Positions 8,741-18,811 are shown, counted from the first letter of the stretch. The stretch: 32,000 nt of DNA from Vibrio vulnificus CMCP6 (GCF_000039765.1 NC_004459.3:1710001-1742000), one strand, 5' to 3'. The notes: generated by a model from the letters alone, not told the origin. A program made the numbers and translations.

Positions 8741-11089
8741 TTAATTTGTCAGTTCAAGTCGTACCAAAATCTCTTCTGTCACTTCCTCTATTTCACAATA
8801 GCCAACCAATGTTGCCAGTTCTTTTTCCAGTTTGCTGGCTTGATGCATGCTGAGTTGAGAAAGTTCATTCAGATCTTTTTGTAACAGGGAAGTCATCGGG
8901 CTGAAAATCGGTGAGGTGGACAGCCTCAGCACATAAAACTCACCCGACATCTGTGCTTTTTTAATAAATAGGATGCGTTCTTTGACACTATCAAACTCGT
9001 TCGTCAGCTTTGTTTGTACGGCTTTGATTTTGTCGCCAAATTTTGCCACTGCGATGTAAATGTCGTGATGGTGTGGTTCTGCCCCTTCAATCCGTTTCGT
9101 CGGATTGGCGATTAAGGTATTTGAACGGCCTTTATAGATGGGTTCTAAAGAGAAATTCTCTTTGTGCCCTAGCTTTGCCAATACCATTAAATGCTTTTCT
9201 AGGGGGAAGTTAACCCCGATGGCCTTGGTTCTGTAGCCCGATTGCATCTTACTGATGAACACTGGCGTGCTGACCATTTTGGACAGCAAAATGCCGTGCA
9301 ACGATTCGAGCAGCTCATTACTTGGTAGGATCTCGTTTTGTGGTTTGAGCTTGTCTTGGTTGTGTTCGATGATGCTATTGAAAAACGCAATGGTTTTCAT
9401 CGTTTGGCTGTTTTCATCAATCACCAGTTGCACTTGCTTGTTGTCTGGGCTGACACGAACCACACGATAAGGAATTTTGTCCAATGGCAGCTTTTTATCG
9501 TAGAGCTGCAGTTCATGTAGGTTGATCTCGATCTCTTCAGACGACACCAACTCAAGTGGCGCATCCAAGGTGAGACTCAAGCCTCGCTTGGATAGATCGA
9601 TCGTCTTGCCTCTCATCGCCAAACCGTCTGCTTTGGTCAGCGTAAGCGGTGATTGAAAACGATAGCGAGGTTCTTTTCTACGAGACTGGGCATCAAAGAA
9701 AATCCCTTTTGGGGAGCCGATGATTTTCCGCGTATGACGAAAAGCATTTAAGGTGCTTGATGGCAGTCGAGGCTTTTCGGTAAAGAGATAGTCTGCGCCA
9801 TTCGAGTTGTCCGCAATTTCTTGCAAAATCCCACAATGCGTTAACCCTGAAGAGGCTTCGGCTAATTCTTGCGAGAAGCTGCCGAGTTGTTGACGTTCGT
9901 TTTCACTGAGTTCAAAAATGGAAATACGGAATGCCCGCCAACTGGCTCGTTTTGCGCCAAGATGCCAAAACAGCTGTCTTTGTTCACGTGTGGCCTCGGG
10001 CATGAGCATGGAGTAGAAAAAGTTTTTCCCTTCATGTTCGTGAGTAAACGCATAAATAACGTTACTGGCACCTTTGAGCCCCGGTCGCATTAGCATCGAC
10101 ATTCGCTGTGAGTTAAACAGTGAACCAAACACCTGTTGATTTCGTTCATCATGCCAGTATTGCCAAATCGGCATATTGTTTGGCGTGAGCATCGCGAGCT
10201 TGAGCTCATCGCCTTGGAAAAACAGCGGTAAGTTACAAGTGTGCTTTAGATAAATATGCTCGTAGCCCCGCGTTCTTGCTCGAATAATTTTGTCTTGGTT
10301 ATCGTGTCGGGCACGTTTGGCTGAGCTATTTAAAGACTCATCGATCACTCTTGAGACAACATTGGTGTCTGTCAGGCGTAAGCAACGAAGAAATTTAACT
10401 GCATCGTTTTCATAAGAATCTTCAACAGCCAAAACACGGTATTCAATCGGCTTATCAACGTGAGCAATTTGCGAGGTTTTGGCCAGTTCACTAAAGGTAA
10501 TTTGAATCACTTCGCCAAGGCTGTAGTTAAATGCACTCGGTACTTTGAACTTCGCACCAGAAGCGGAAAGATCAACGCTGACGCCGTGGAGCAATTGCCC
10601 TTTTGATAACGTAATGTCGACTTGAGAGTGCACTCTGAGCCGCTTTTCTTGGCGTTTGAGATCGTAACCAAGATGGACTGCCTCGGCCTCAAATGGACTG
10701 CTGGCATCACTCAGCCCTTGGCTGCTGGCCGGTTGGCCGCCTTTGCCTAAGGCGCGGAAACTGTTGCGTGTGTTAATTAACGCTTCCCAAACGCCTTCGG
10801 TATAGCCACCAAATTTGCGCGTGTTTTTGTAGTAAGCATTAAAGGCGACATCATCAAACCAATGTTTGATACCGTCAATTTCGTATTCTCGACAATCGCC
10901 CTGTACTCGGCCTCGCAAGTCGATGCTCTTTTTGCAAGGCGCCATCACACGATTTAATTCCATTTTTACCAGTAATTTAGCGGAAGGAGGGTAGCCTTCG
11001 GTCAATTGACCAAGGACAAAATCAAAGTCTTCCGCGTGATAAACCGGGATAAGCCTTTCTGCGATTGAGAGAATTTCAGCTTGTTCCAT
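8741..11089 (-). CDS. Large c-di-GMP receptor protein with two PilZ domains (PlzC-like)
   Basis: 782 aa with two complete PilZ signatures. The first is RQEKR (aa 146-150) with DLSASG (aa 173-178). The second is RKEPR (aa 471-475) with DLSKRG (aa 498-503). Its position between serB and radA matches my recollection of V. cholerae PlzC (VC2344). Confidence 0.8.
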   Translation of the reverse strand: MEQAEILSIAERLIPVYHAEDFDFVLGQLTEGYPPSAKLLVKMELNRVMAPCKKSIDLRGRVQGDCREYEIDGIKHWFDDVAFNAYYKNTRKFGGYTEGVWEALINTRNSFRALGKGGQPASSQGLSDASSPFEAEAVHLGYDLKRQEKRLRVHSQVDITLSKGQLLHGVSVDLSASGAKFKVPSAFNYSLGEVIQITFSELAKTSQIAHVDKPIEYRVLAVEDSYENDAVKFLRCLRLTDTNVVSRVIDESLNSSAKRARHDNQDKIIRARTRGYEHIYLKHTCNLPLFFQGDELKLAMLTPNNMPIWQYWHDERNQQVFGSLFNSQRMSMLMRPGLKGASNVIYAFTHEHEGKNFFYSMLMPEATREQRQLFWHLGAKRASWRAFRISIFELSENERQQLGSFSQELAEASSGLTHCGILQEIADNSNGADYLFTEKPRLPSSTLNAFRHTRKIIGSPKGIFFDAQSRRKEPRYRFQSPLTLTKADGLAMRGKTIDLSKRGLSLTLDAPLELVSSEEIEINLHELQLYDKKLPLDKIPYRVVRVSPDNKQVQLVIDENSQTMKTIAFFNSIIEHNQDKLKPQNEILPSNELLESLHGILLSKMVSTPVFISKMQSGYRTKAIGVNFPLEKHLMVLAKLGHKENFSLEPIYKGRSNTLIANPTKRIEGAEPHHHDIYIAVAKFGDKIKAVQTKLTNEFDSVKERILFIKKAQMSGEFYVLRLSTSPIFSPMTSLLQKDLNELSQLSMHQASKLEKELATLVGYCEIEEVTEEILVRLELTN

Positions 11090-11223
11090 TTTTTCTGTTA
11101 AAGTAGCTGCTTATTAAAAGAGTATCGGCAAAGTGTTAATAAACTTAAGTATAACAGCACATTGTTTGAGGTTTAACGGATCAGTGGTCTAACTAGGTCA
11201 CAAGCTTGAGAATTTGAGGCAGC

Positions 11224-12603
11224 ATGTCGAAAGCAAAACGCGCTTATGTATGTAATGACTGTGGAGCGGATTTTCCGCGTTGGCAAGGGCAATGTAATGC
11301 CTGTGGCTCATGGAATACCATTACCGAAGTGAGATTGGCCGCATCGCCAAGCGTTGCGAGAAACGAGCGTTTATCTGGTTATGCGGGCTCTGCGACAGAA
11401 TCAAAGGTTCAGGTGTTGTCTGAGATTGATTTGCAAGAAGTTCCCCGTTTTTCCAGTGGCTTCAAAGAGCTTGACCGTGTCTTAGGGGGCGGTATTGTCC
11501 CTGGAGCGGCGATCTTGATCGGTGGTAACCCTGGTGCGGGTAAATCGACGCTGCTGTTGCAGACTATGTGTCAACTTTCCGCCAACATGAACGCACTCTA
11601 TGTCACAGGGGAAGAGTCGTTGCAACAAGTTGCGATGCGTGCTTCTCGACTGGGCCTACCGAAAGAGCATTTAAAAATGCTGTCAGAAACCAATGTCGAT
11701 AAAATTTGCCAAGTGGCTGAGCAAATTCAGCCTAAGATCATGGTTATTGACTCGATTCAGGTGATGCATGTCTCTGATGTTCAATCTTCTCCGGGAAGTG
11801 TGGCGCAAGTTCGCGAGTCTGCCACCGCGCTCACTCGTTATGCGAAGCAAAACAATGTGGCGGTATTTATTGTTGGCCACGTGACAAAAGATGGCACTTT
11901 GGCGGGGCCGAAAGTGTTGGAGCACATTATTGACTGTTCTGTGCTGCTGGATGGTGATGCAGATAGTCGTTTTCGTACCCTTCGCAGCCATAAAAACCGT
12001 TTTGGCGCGGTCAATGAGCTCGGGGTGTTTGCCATGACAGGGCAGGGATTACGTGAGGTGAGTAACCCTTCGGCGATTTTCTTGTCTCGTGGCGAAGAAC
12101 AAACGTCAGGCAGTTCTGTGATGGTGATTTGGGAAGGCACCCGACCTTTGTTAGTGGAGATCCAAGCACTGGTCGATTACTCACAACTCGCCAACCCAAG
12201 ACGTGTTGCCGTGGGCCTTGAGCAAAACCGTTTGTCGCTCCTGCTGGCGGTGCTGCATAAGCATGGTGGTTTACAAATGGCCGACCAAGACGTGTTTGTC
12301 AACGTTGTTGGTGGTGTGAAAGTAACGGAAACCAGTGCGGATCTAGCGCTTATTATGGCGCTACTGTCCAGTTTTCGAGATAGAGCCTTACCAAAAGATG
12401 TGGTGATATTTGGTGAAGTGGGCTTGGCTGGCGAAATTCGCCCTGTCCCCAGTGGCCAAGAACGTTTAAATGAAGCTTTCAAGCATGGCTTTAAGAAAGC
12501 CATCGTGCCGTTGGCGAATATGCCTAAAGGTGGGATTCCCGGAATGCAGATCCATGGGGTTAAAAAATTAGCCGATGCTATATCAGCCTTCGATGAATTA
12601 TGA
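11224..12603 (+). CDS. radA: DNA repair protein RadA/Sms
   Basis: N-terminal zinc ribbon (CNDCG...CNACG), Walker A GNPGAGKST, the KNRFG motif and a Lon-protease-like C-terminal domain; 459 aa. Confidence 0.95.
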   Translation: MSKAKRAYVCNDCGADFPRWQGQCNACGSWNTITEVRLAASPSVARNERLSGYAGSATESKVQVLSEIDLQEVPRFSSGFKELDRVLGGGIVPGAAILIGGNPGAGKSTLLLQTMCQLSANMNALYVTGEESLQQVAMRASRLGLPKEHLKMLSETNVDKICQVAEQIQPKIMVIDSIQVMHVSDVQSSPGSVAQVRESATALTRYAKQNNVAVFIVGHVTKDGTLAGPKVLEHIIDCSVLLDGDADSRFRTLRSHKNRFGAVNELGVFAMTGQGLREVSNPSAIFLSRGEEQTSGSSVMVIWEGTRPLLVEIQALVDYSQLANPRRVAVGLEQNRLSLLLAVLHKHGGLQMADQDVFVNVVGGVKVTETSADLALIMALLSSFRDRALPKDVVIFGEVGLAGEIRPVPSGQERLNEAFKHGFKKAIVPLANMPKGGIPGMQIHGVKKLADAISAFDEL

Positions 12604-12693
12604 TTTTTGTGAATTGAAGCATGAATTGCGTTGCTTTCTTTGCTGTGTGAAATTAGTCAGTTCTATTGAGATATTGCATAATGTATTTGGAGA

Positions 12694-14316
12694 ATGACGT
12701 TTTTATGGATAGAAATGTTACTAAGATATCTTGGACTGTTTTTTTGTTTGTGCTTTTCAACTGTTTCGGCTGCAAAGGAGATGGCTGCCGTCGAGTTGCA
12801 GGCTATCCAGTGGTTTCAGGGGCCGCTTAATACCAGCCAGCCTACACCACTTTGGGTATCGCAATCATTGACCCCTGTTGAGGCTTTCAGCCTAACGGGG
12901 GGCGATCATGTCAGCTTACTTAACTTTGATGTCAACAAGCTGGGCTTGTATGTCATTGATTTCAGAAATTCCACGTTAATCGGTCGCTATCAACATTATC
13001 TTTATGATGCCAATAACCAGTTGGTGGCGTCTTCTCGAGGTGGGATTGACTCTCTTGAATCAGCACATTTCTTTTTGCGTCATGGGCAGGAAGTTCAATT
13101 GGCGCCCGGTCGATACTCTCTTGTCACGGCACAACGCTCACAGTTTAATATCGCGCCGCCCACCACATTTGTCATGGAGAAGAGTCTTTATCTCGAGGAT
13201 ATTCGTGTTGGGAATGCGATTACTCTCACTGGCATAGGCATTCTCCTTTCGCTGTTTTTCTATTATCTGGTTTTGTCGATTGCGCGCAAAAACTTGGTCG
13301 ATTTTAGCTATGCGATGTTTATTCTCGGTAATTTATTGTTTAACAGCACTTCGTTATTGGTTGCTCATCATCTATTAGGTATTCAGTGGTTTGGTGGGGC
13401 AAGCTGGCCAATCTTATGCTCAAACATGGCTTACTTGGTGTTTGTCATGCAGTTACTAGAGGTGAAATCGAACGAAACGCCAATGGTTTACTACGTTGGC
13501 TGTGGATTGCTCGTTCTGTTTGCGATGTTCTTTAGTGCCTCTTTCTTCTTACCGAATTGGCAAAATGAATTTAATCGCCACGCCGTTGGTCTGTTTATTT
13601 CCTTCGGCATGTTTGCCGGTATTCGCATGATTTTCAAAGGGAGCAAAGTTGCTCGTTGGTATGTATTGGCTAACTTAGGCTTCTTTGTCTTGGCGGCGGT
13701 TGCTATTTCCCAAGAGCAGATTGCCGGTTTACAAACCATTTATATGTCTCATATCGGCCTTATTGCGGTTGTGGTTGAGGTGATGTTGCTTTCCTGCGTG
13801 GTTGCGTATCAAATGACCAGAGTGGAAGAGGAGCGCAATGCCGCTCTTGTTCATGCTCAACAAATGCTAGAGCTGGCAAGTACCGACACCCTGACAGGCC
13901 TACCTAATCGGTATGCTTTAGAAAATCGACTGCCTAAAACCAACAAAAATGAAGCGTTTATCTATCTCGACTTAGATGGCTTGAAAATCTGTAACGATCA
14001 GTATGGCCATGACATGGGGGACAAGCTGTTGCTGGTCTTCAGCGAGAAAATGAGAAAAATGCTTCCTTCCAACTGCGAGTTATTTAGGATTTCTGGCGAT
14101 GAGTTTGGCGTTATTTTACCGAATTCTCACTTACAAGAGCTGGTCGATATGGTTCATTTTATTGATAAACAACTTCGTGAAGAGGTGGCGCTGTTTGTTG
14201 GTGTCAGCTTTGGCGTGGCCTATTTTAAAGATCATAAGAACTATCGCAAAACGATAGAGGAAGCCGATCACAACATGTATTTGTATAAAAGGAATAAACA
14301 ATCACATGCGACTTAA
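12694..14316 (+). CDS. Membrane sensor diguanylate cyclase (signal peptide, periplasmic domain, 7 TM, GGDEF domain; 7TMR-DISM-like layout)
   Basis: There is a signal-like N-terminus, a soluble region of about 150 aa, seven hydrophobic segments (aa ~175-375), then a GGDEF domain (LTGLPNR, DLDGLKICND, RISGDEFGVIL). The active-site motif reads SGDEF (14092-14106). ATG 12715 is an alternative start. Confidence 0.85.
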   Translation: MTFLWIEMLLRYLGLFFCLCFSTVSAAKEMAAVELQAIQWFQGPLNTSQPTPLWVSQSLTPVEAFSLTGGDHVSLLNFDVNKLGLYVIDFRNSTLIGRYQHYLYDANNQLVASSRGGIDSLESAHFFLRHGQEVQLAPGRYSLVTAQRSQFNIAPPTTFVMEKSLYLEDIRVGNAITLTGIGILLSLFFYYLVLSIARKNLVDFSYAMFILGNLLFNSTSLLVAHHLLGIQWFGGASWPILCSNMAYLVFVMQLLEVKSNETPMVYYVGCGLLVLFAMFFSASFFLPNWQNEFNRHAVGLFISFGMFAGIRMIFKGSKVARWYVLANLGFFVLAAVAISQEQIAGLQTIYMSHIGLIAVVVEVMLLSCVVAYQMTRVEEERNAALVHAQQMLELASTDTLTGLPNRYALENRLPKTNKNEAFIYLDLDGLKICNDQYGHDMGDKLLLVFSEKMRKMLPSNCELFRISGDEFGVILPNSHLQELVDMVHFIDKQLREEVALFVGVSFGVAYFKDHKNYRKTIEEADHNMYLYKRNKQSHAT

Positions 14317-15517
14317 ACTGATTTTACCAATCCTAGCCACGATGTTAGTACCACTGGCTGCCGCTTTCTTCAAATATCCCGACACACATATTCCCCCTGG
14401 TTTTCTTGTTTTTCCCCCTCAATTTATCGTTGAAGAACCGAGCTTTAACCTGATTTATTTCTTGTTGATGCTCGTTGCTGTTGTTTGGGCACTATTAGTG
14501 CTGTTTTGGCCAGAGAAGGTGGGATTCAAACGCAATACACAACCGATGCCTTCACCGACTAGAGCCAATTTACCATGGTGGTTTTACATTGGACTGGGTG
14601 GAACGGTTTTATTTTGGTGGTTAATGTGGAGCAGAAGTGAAGCGATGTTACCTTGGGTGTACTATGCTTTCACGCCACTTTGGTGGAGCTTTATCATTCT
14701 GTTGGATGGTATCGTCTATCGATTTAATGGCGGCCGATCACTGTGCGCAACCAAACCGGGTCTTCTCCTATTTATGGCTGGCGTGTCGTTTTTTGGTTGG
14801 ATGTATTTTGAGTACTACGATTATTTTGTATTAGAAAACTGGTACTACCCAAATGCAGAAAAAACGTCATTGAGCCGAGAAATGATATTGCTACTCTTTT
14901 GTTTCTCTTATACCACTGTGACGCCCGCTATTATGCAGTGGTACACCTTACTTTGTTCCTTTCCTTCCATCAGAAAGCGTTATCGTTTTGGGCCTGTTTG
15001 GCATCTCAAGCCGAATTGGCTTATCTACGGTGGATTGGCGTCGATCTTTCTCATGGTGTTCTTCCCGAAATTACTGTTCTGGGCTGTTTGGATTGGTCCG
15101 ATGGCCGTCATGACCGGGGTACTCGAGCGATATGGCATTTGGAATCCCTTCCACGGCATTTTGACATCGGGTAATTGGACGGCAGCAGCCTTGGTTGGTA
15201 TGGCTTCATTGATCAATGGCTTCTTCTGGGAAATGTGGAACTTTGGCAGCGCTCACCCAGACACGCAGTTGATCACCAATCCGAACTACTGGGTTTATGA
15301 CATTCCTTTCGTAAACTTAACTTGGCTCCCTCTACCAACAGAAATGCCTTTGTTGGGCTACATGGGCTATGTGCCTTTTGGCATTCTTGTTTGGCAAGTG
15401 CTCATTTGGAGCGGAAAAATTATGGGGATTAATACTGATTTGCGAGAGGTGACTGATTGGTATTTGATTTCGGAGCAGAAGGCTCAATTTGACACTCCTT
15501 GTCGAGCGGAGGTCTAG
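14306..15517 (+). CDS. Trp/Tyr/Phe-rich polytopic (~10 TM) membrane protein of unknown function
   Basis: 403-aa ORF whose ATG overlaps the cyclase stop by 11 nt (ATGCGACTTAA). It has about ten hydrophobic segments. I recognise no family motif. Confidence 0.65.
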   Translation: MRLKLILPILATMLVPLAAAFFKYPDTHIPPGFLVFPPQFIVEEPSFNLIYFLLMLVAVVWALLVLFWPEKVGFKRNTQPMPSPTRANLPWWFYIGLGGTVLFWWLMWSRSEAMLPWVYYAFTPLWWSFIILLDGIVYRFNGGRSLCATKPGLLLFMAGVSFFGWMYFEYYDYFVLENWYYPNAEKTSLSREMILLLFCFSYTTVTPAIMQWYTLLCSFPSIRKRYRFGPVWHLKPNWLIYGGLASIFLMVFFPKLLFWAVWIGPMAVMTGVLERYGIWNPFHGILTSGNWTAAALVGMASLINGFFWEMWNFGSAHPDTQLITNPNYWVYDIPFVNLTWLPLPTEMPLLGYMGYVPFGILVWQVLIWSGKIMGINTDLREVTDWYLISEQKAQFDTPCRAEV

Positions 15518-16441
15518 ATGAATCCGTTTAATCATGGTTGGACTCCTGACTCTGTTTGGCCTCGCATTCAGCAACAAGTCGAGAGTTGGTGCGACCCAAG
15601 CCTGCCTGATTTTGTTCCTCAAGACAAAAGAGTCGCTGTATTTGATTTGGATGGCACGCTTTGGTGCGAAAAACCCGGTATTAATGAACTGGCGTTTTGG
15701 CGCTCGGAGTTAACCAATGCTCTGACGCTGCCACAACATCAACAGCATCACCCCAGCATCAGCTCACTAATAAATAGTGTGCAGCCAGCAAGTCAACATG
15801 ACAATCCAGTATTATTGGCTGAGCAATATGCCTCTTTATTTCGTCGAGTTTTCTCGGATATCACCGTCGAAGCCTATCAGCAGAAGGTGAAAACATGGCT
15901 CAGTGAGACGCGGCATCCAAGATTCCAAGTGAGCTATCAACAGCTCTTTTATACCCCAATGCTTGCGTTAATGGATTACTTACGGCGGCATAACTTTCGT
16001 TGTGTGATTAATTCAGGCAGTACAACAGCGTTTGTTCAAGCTTGGTGTCAGCCTTGGTTGGCTATTAATGAAGAAGATGTCATCGGTTCACAAATAGGCT
16101 TGTTTGATGAACCGCATTCGTTCGTTATTAATATTGGGCCGGAAAAGGTCAAACAGTTGAAAGCAAAATTTGCTATCAAACCATTAATGGCATTTGGCAA
16201 TACGCTGGGTGATGCGGAACAGCTTCACTATGTATTGGAAGGGGATGATAGAGCGATCGCGTGCTGCATTCATCATGATGACTCAAACCGAGAGTATTCA
16301 TATGCGTTTGACCCCCTATTTAAACTGGAGCTAAAAACGCGTTTACAGCGAGTGGATATTGTCTCTATTCGAGACCACTGGTGTGAGATTTTTGCGTTTG
16401 AAAATCCAGTGAAAAAAGAGAGAATCCCTTTTGCAATCTAG
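15518..16441 (+). CDS. HAD-superfamily hydrolase (probable phosphatase)
   Basis: The ATG directly abuts the upstream TAG (15515-15517). HAD motif I is VFDLDGTLW and a motif IV-like FGNTLGDAE is present. The product is 307 aa with no signal peptide. Confidence 0.75.
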   Translation: MNPFNHGWTPDSVWPRIQQQVESWCDPSLPDFVPQDKRVAVFDLDGTLWCEKPGINELAFWRSELTNALTLPQHQQHHPSISSLINSVQPASQHDNPVLLAEQYASLFRRVFSDITVEAYQQKVKTWLSETRHPRFQVSYQQLFYTPMLALMDYLRRHNFRCVINSGSTTAFVQAWCQPWLAINEEDVIGSQIGLFDEPHSFVINIGPEKVKQLKAKFAIKPLMAFGNTLGDAEQLHYVLEGDDRAIACCIHHDDSNREYSYAFDPLFKLELKTRLQRVDIVSIRDHWCEIFAFENPVKKERIPFAI

Positions 16442-16565
16442 GTCTTGATGGGCTTTACTGAGGTGGAAGAAAATTTTTCTCACCTAATTGCACGCAAGGG
16501 TATCAGTCTTGACAGATTGTGATATACTCTGCGCGCACTTTATACCTTATTAACAGAGTAAGACA

Positions 16566-18653
16566 ATGGCAGATTTATCAAAATACAGAAACATTGGTAT
16601 TTTCGCGCACGTTGACGCGGGTAAAACCACTACCACTGAGCGTATCTTGAAGCTTACTGGTAAAATCCACCGTCTAGGCGAAGTACACGACGGCGCATCA
16701 ACCATGGACTTCATGGATCAGGAAGCAGAGCGCGGTATCACTATCCAGTCTGCTGCGACTACTTGTTTCTGGAAAGACCACCGTTTTAACGTAATCGACA
16801 CCCCGGGACACGTTGACTTCACTGTTGAAGTTTACCGTTCTCTTAAAGTTCTTGATGGTGGTATCGGTGTATTCTGTGGTTCTGGCGGCGTTGAGCCTCA
16901 GTCAGAAACTAACTGGCGTTACGCGAACGAATCAGAAGTATCTCGTCTGATCTTCGTAAACAAACTAGACCGTATGGGTGCAGACTTCTTCCGCGTTGTT
17001 GAGCAAGTGAAGAAAGTACTAGGCGCTAACCCTCTAGTTATGACTCTACCTATCGGCCGTGAAGACGAGTTCGTAGGTGTAGTTGACGTATTGACTCGTC
17101 AAGCATTCGTATGGGATGACTCAGGTCTTCCAGAAAACTACGAAATCAAAGAAATCCCAGCAGACATGGTAGATCAAGTTGAAGAATACCGTGAGATGAT
17201 GATCGAATCTGCTGTTGAGCAAGACGATGAGCTAATGATGGCTTACATGGAAGGCGAAGAGCCATCTATCGAGCAAATCAAAGCTTGTATCCGTAAAGGT
17301 ACTCGTGATCTAGCGTTCTTCCCAACGTACTGTGGTTCTGCATTCAAAAACAAAGGTATGCAACTTGTACTAGACGCAGTTGTAGATTACCTACCGTCTC
17401 CAACAGAAGTTGAGCCTCAACCACTGACTAACCCAGAAACGGGTGAACCAACTGGTGAAGTTGCAACAGTATCTGTTGACGCGCCTCTAAAAGCGCTAGC
17501 GTTCAAGATCATGGACGACCGTTTCGGTGCTCTAACCTTCATCCGTATCTACTCAGGTCGTCTGAAGAAAGGTGACACAGTTCTTAACAGTGCAACTGGT
17601 AAGACTGAGCGTATCGGCCGTATGGTGGAAATGCACGCAAACGACCGTAACGAACTTGAAGCAGCTCAAGCGGGTGACATCATCGCTGTTGTTGGTATGA
17701 AGAACGTTCAAACTGGTCACACTCTATGTGATCCTAAGCATGAATGTACTCTTGAGCCAATGATCTTCCCAGAACCAGTAATCTCTATCGCTGTTAAGCC
17801 TAAAGATAAAAACGGTTCTGAGAAAATGGGTATCGCGATCGGTAAAATGGTTGCAGAAGATCCATCATTCCAAGTTGAAACTGACGAAGATTCTGGCGAA
17901 ACCATCCTTAAAGGTATGGGCGAACTTCACCTAGACATCAAAGTTGACATCCTGAAGCGTACTTACGGCGTTGAGCTAGAAGTAGGTGCTCCACAGGTAG
18001 CTTACCGTGAAACTATCACGAAAGCAGTTGAAGACAGCTACACGCACAAGAAGCAGTCTGGTGGTTCTGGTCAGTTCGGTAAGATCGACTACCGCATCAA
18101 ACCAGGTGAGCCAAACTCTGGCTTCACGTTCAAGTCAACAGTTGTTGGTGGTAACGTACCTAAAGAATTTTGGCCTGCAGTAGAGAAAGGCTTCGAAGGC
18201 ATGATGCAGAACGGTGTTCTAGCTGGCTTCCCAACGCTAGACGTTGAAGTTGAGCTATTCGACGGTGGTTTCCACGCAGTTGACTCATCTGCAATCGCAT
18301 TTGAAATCGCAGCGAAAGGCGCATTCCGTCAATCAATGCCTAAAGCAGGTCCTCAGCTTCTTGAGCCAATCATGAAAGTTGACGTGTTCACTCCAGAAGA
18401 CCACGTTGGTGACGTAATCGGTGACTTGAACCGTCGTCGCGGTATGATCAAGAACCAAGAAATGGGTGCAACTGGCGTTCGCGTTAAAGCAGACGTACCA
18501 CTTTCAGAAATGTTCGGCTACATCGGTACTCTACGTACAATGACTTCTGGTCGTGGTCAGTTCTCTATGGAGTTCTCTCACTACTCAGCTTGTCCAAGCA
18601 ACGTAGCAGAGCAAGTAATTGCTGAAGTTAAAGAGCGTAACGCTAAGAAGTAA
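16566..18653 (+). CDS. fusA: Elongation factor G, second (non-str-operon) paralog
   Basis: G1 [10 protein letters not shown]2 RGITI, G3 DTPGH and G4 NKLD are present in a 695-aa product. The gene is monocistronic and not flanked by rpsG/tufA. Codon usage looks strongly biased. Confidence 0.95.
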   Translation: MADLSKYRNIGIFAHVDAGKTTTTERILKLTGKIHRLGEVHDGASTMDFMDQEAERGITIQSAATTCFWKDHRFNVIDTPGHVDFTVEVYRSLKVLDGGIGVFCGSGGVEPQSETNWRYANESEVSRLIFVNKLDRMGADFFRVVEQVKKVLGANPLVMTLPIGREDEFVGVVDVLTRQAFVWDDSGLPENYEIKEIPADMVDQVEEYREMMIESAVEQDDELMMAYMEGEEPSIEQIKACIRKGTRDLAFFPTYCGSAFKNKGMQLVLDAVVDYLPSPTEVEPQPLTNPETGEPTGEVATVSVDAPLKALAFKIMDDRFGALTFIRIYSGRLKKGDTVLNSATGKTERIGRMVEMHANDRNELEAAQAGDIIAVVGMKNVQTGHTLCDPKHECTLEPMIFPEPVISIAVKPKDKNGSEKMGIAIGKMVAEDPSFQVETDEDSGETILKGMGELHLDIKVDILKRTYGVELEVGAPQVAYRETITKAVEDSYTHKKQSGGSGQFGKIDYRIKPGEPNSGFTFKSTVVGGNVPKEFWPAVEKGFEGMMQNGVLAGFPTLDVEVELFDGGFHAVDSSAIAFEIAAKGAFRQSMPKAGPQLLEPIMKVDVFTPEDHVGDVIGDLNRRRGMIKNQEMGATGVRVKADVPLSEMFGYIGTLRTMTSGRGQFSMEFSHYSACPSNVAEQVIAEVKERNAKK

Positions 18654-18677
18654 TTCTTAAGTTAACTCAATAACAAT

Positions 18678-18713
18678 AAAACCCGCAGCGTGCCTGGGGG
18701 TTTTTCTTTTTTC
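18678..18713 (+). terminator. Rho-independent terminator of the EF-G paralog
   Basis: An imperfect GC hairpin (AAAACCCGCAG-CGTGC-CTGGGGGTTTT) is followed by TTTTTCTTTTTTCTT. Confidence 0.6.
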
Positions 18714-18755
18714 TTCGCCTTTAATAACTATCAACCTTTAGCAACGGTGTGTCTT

Positions 18756-18793
18756 TAGTGACGATCAGTTTCTAGTAACGATCAGCGAGTGAC
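18756..18793. repeat. 17-bp-period direct repeat
   Basis: TAGTGACGATCAG (18756-18768) and TAGTAACGATCAG (18773-18785) are followed by a partial third copy, AGTGAC. The repeat lies just downstream of the LysR gene stop. Confidence 0.4.
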
Positions 18794-18811
18794 CATTAAT
18801 CTGAACGGTCT

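Noticed and set aside
8656-8853. 65-aa plus-strand ORF after serB
   Set aside because: It runs through the intergenic hairpin and antisense to the 3' end of the PilZ gene, and has no SD or motif.
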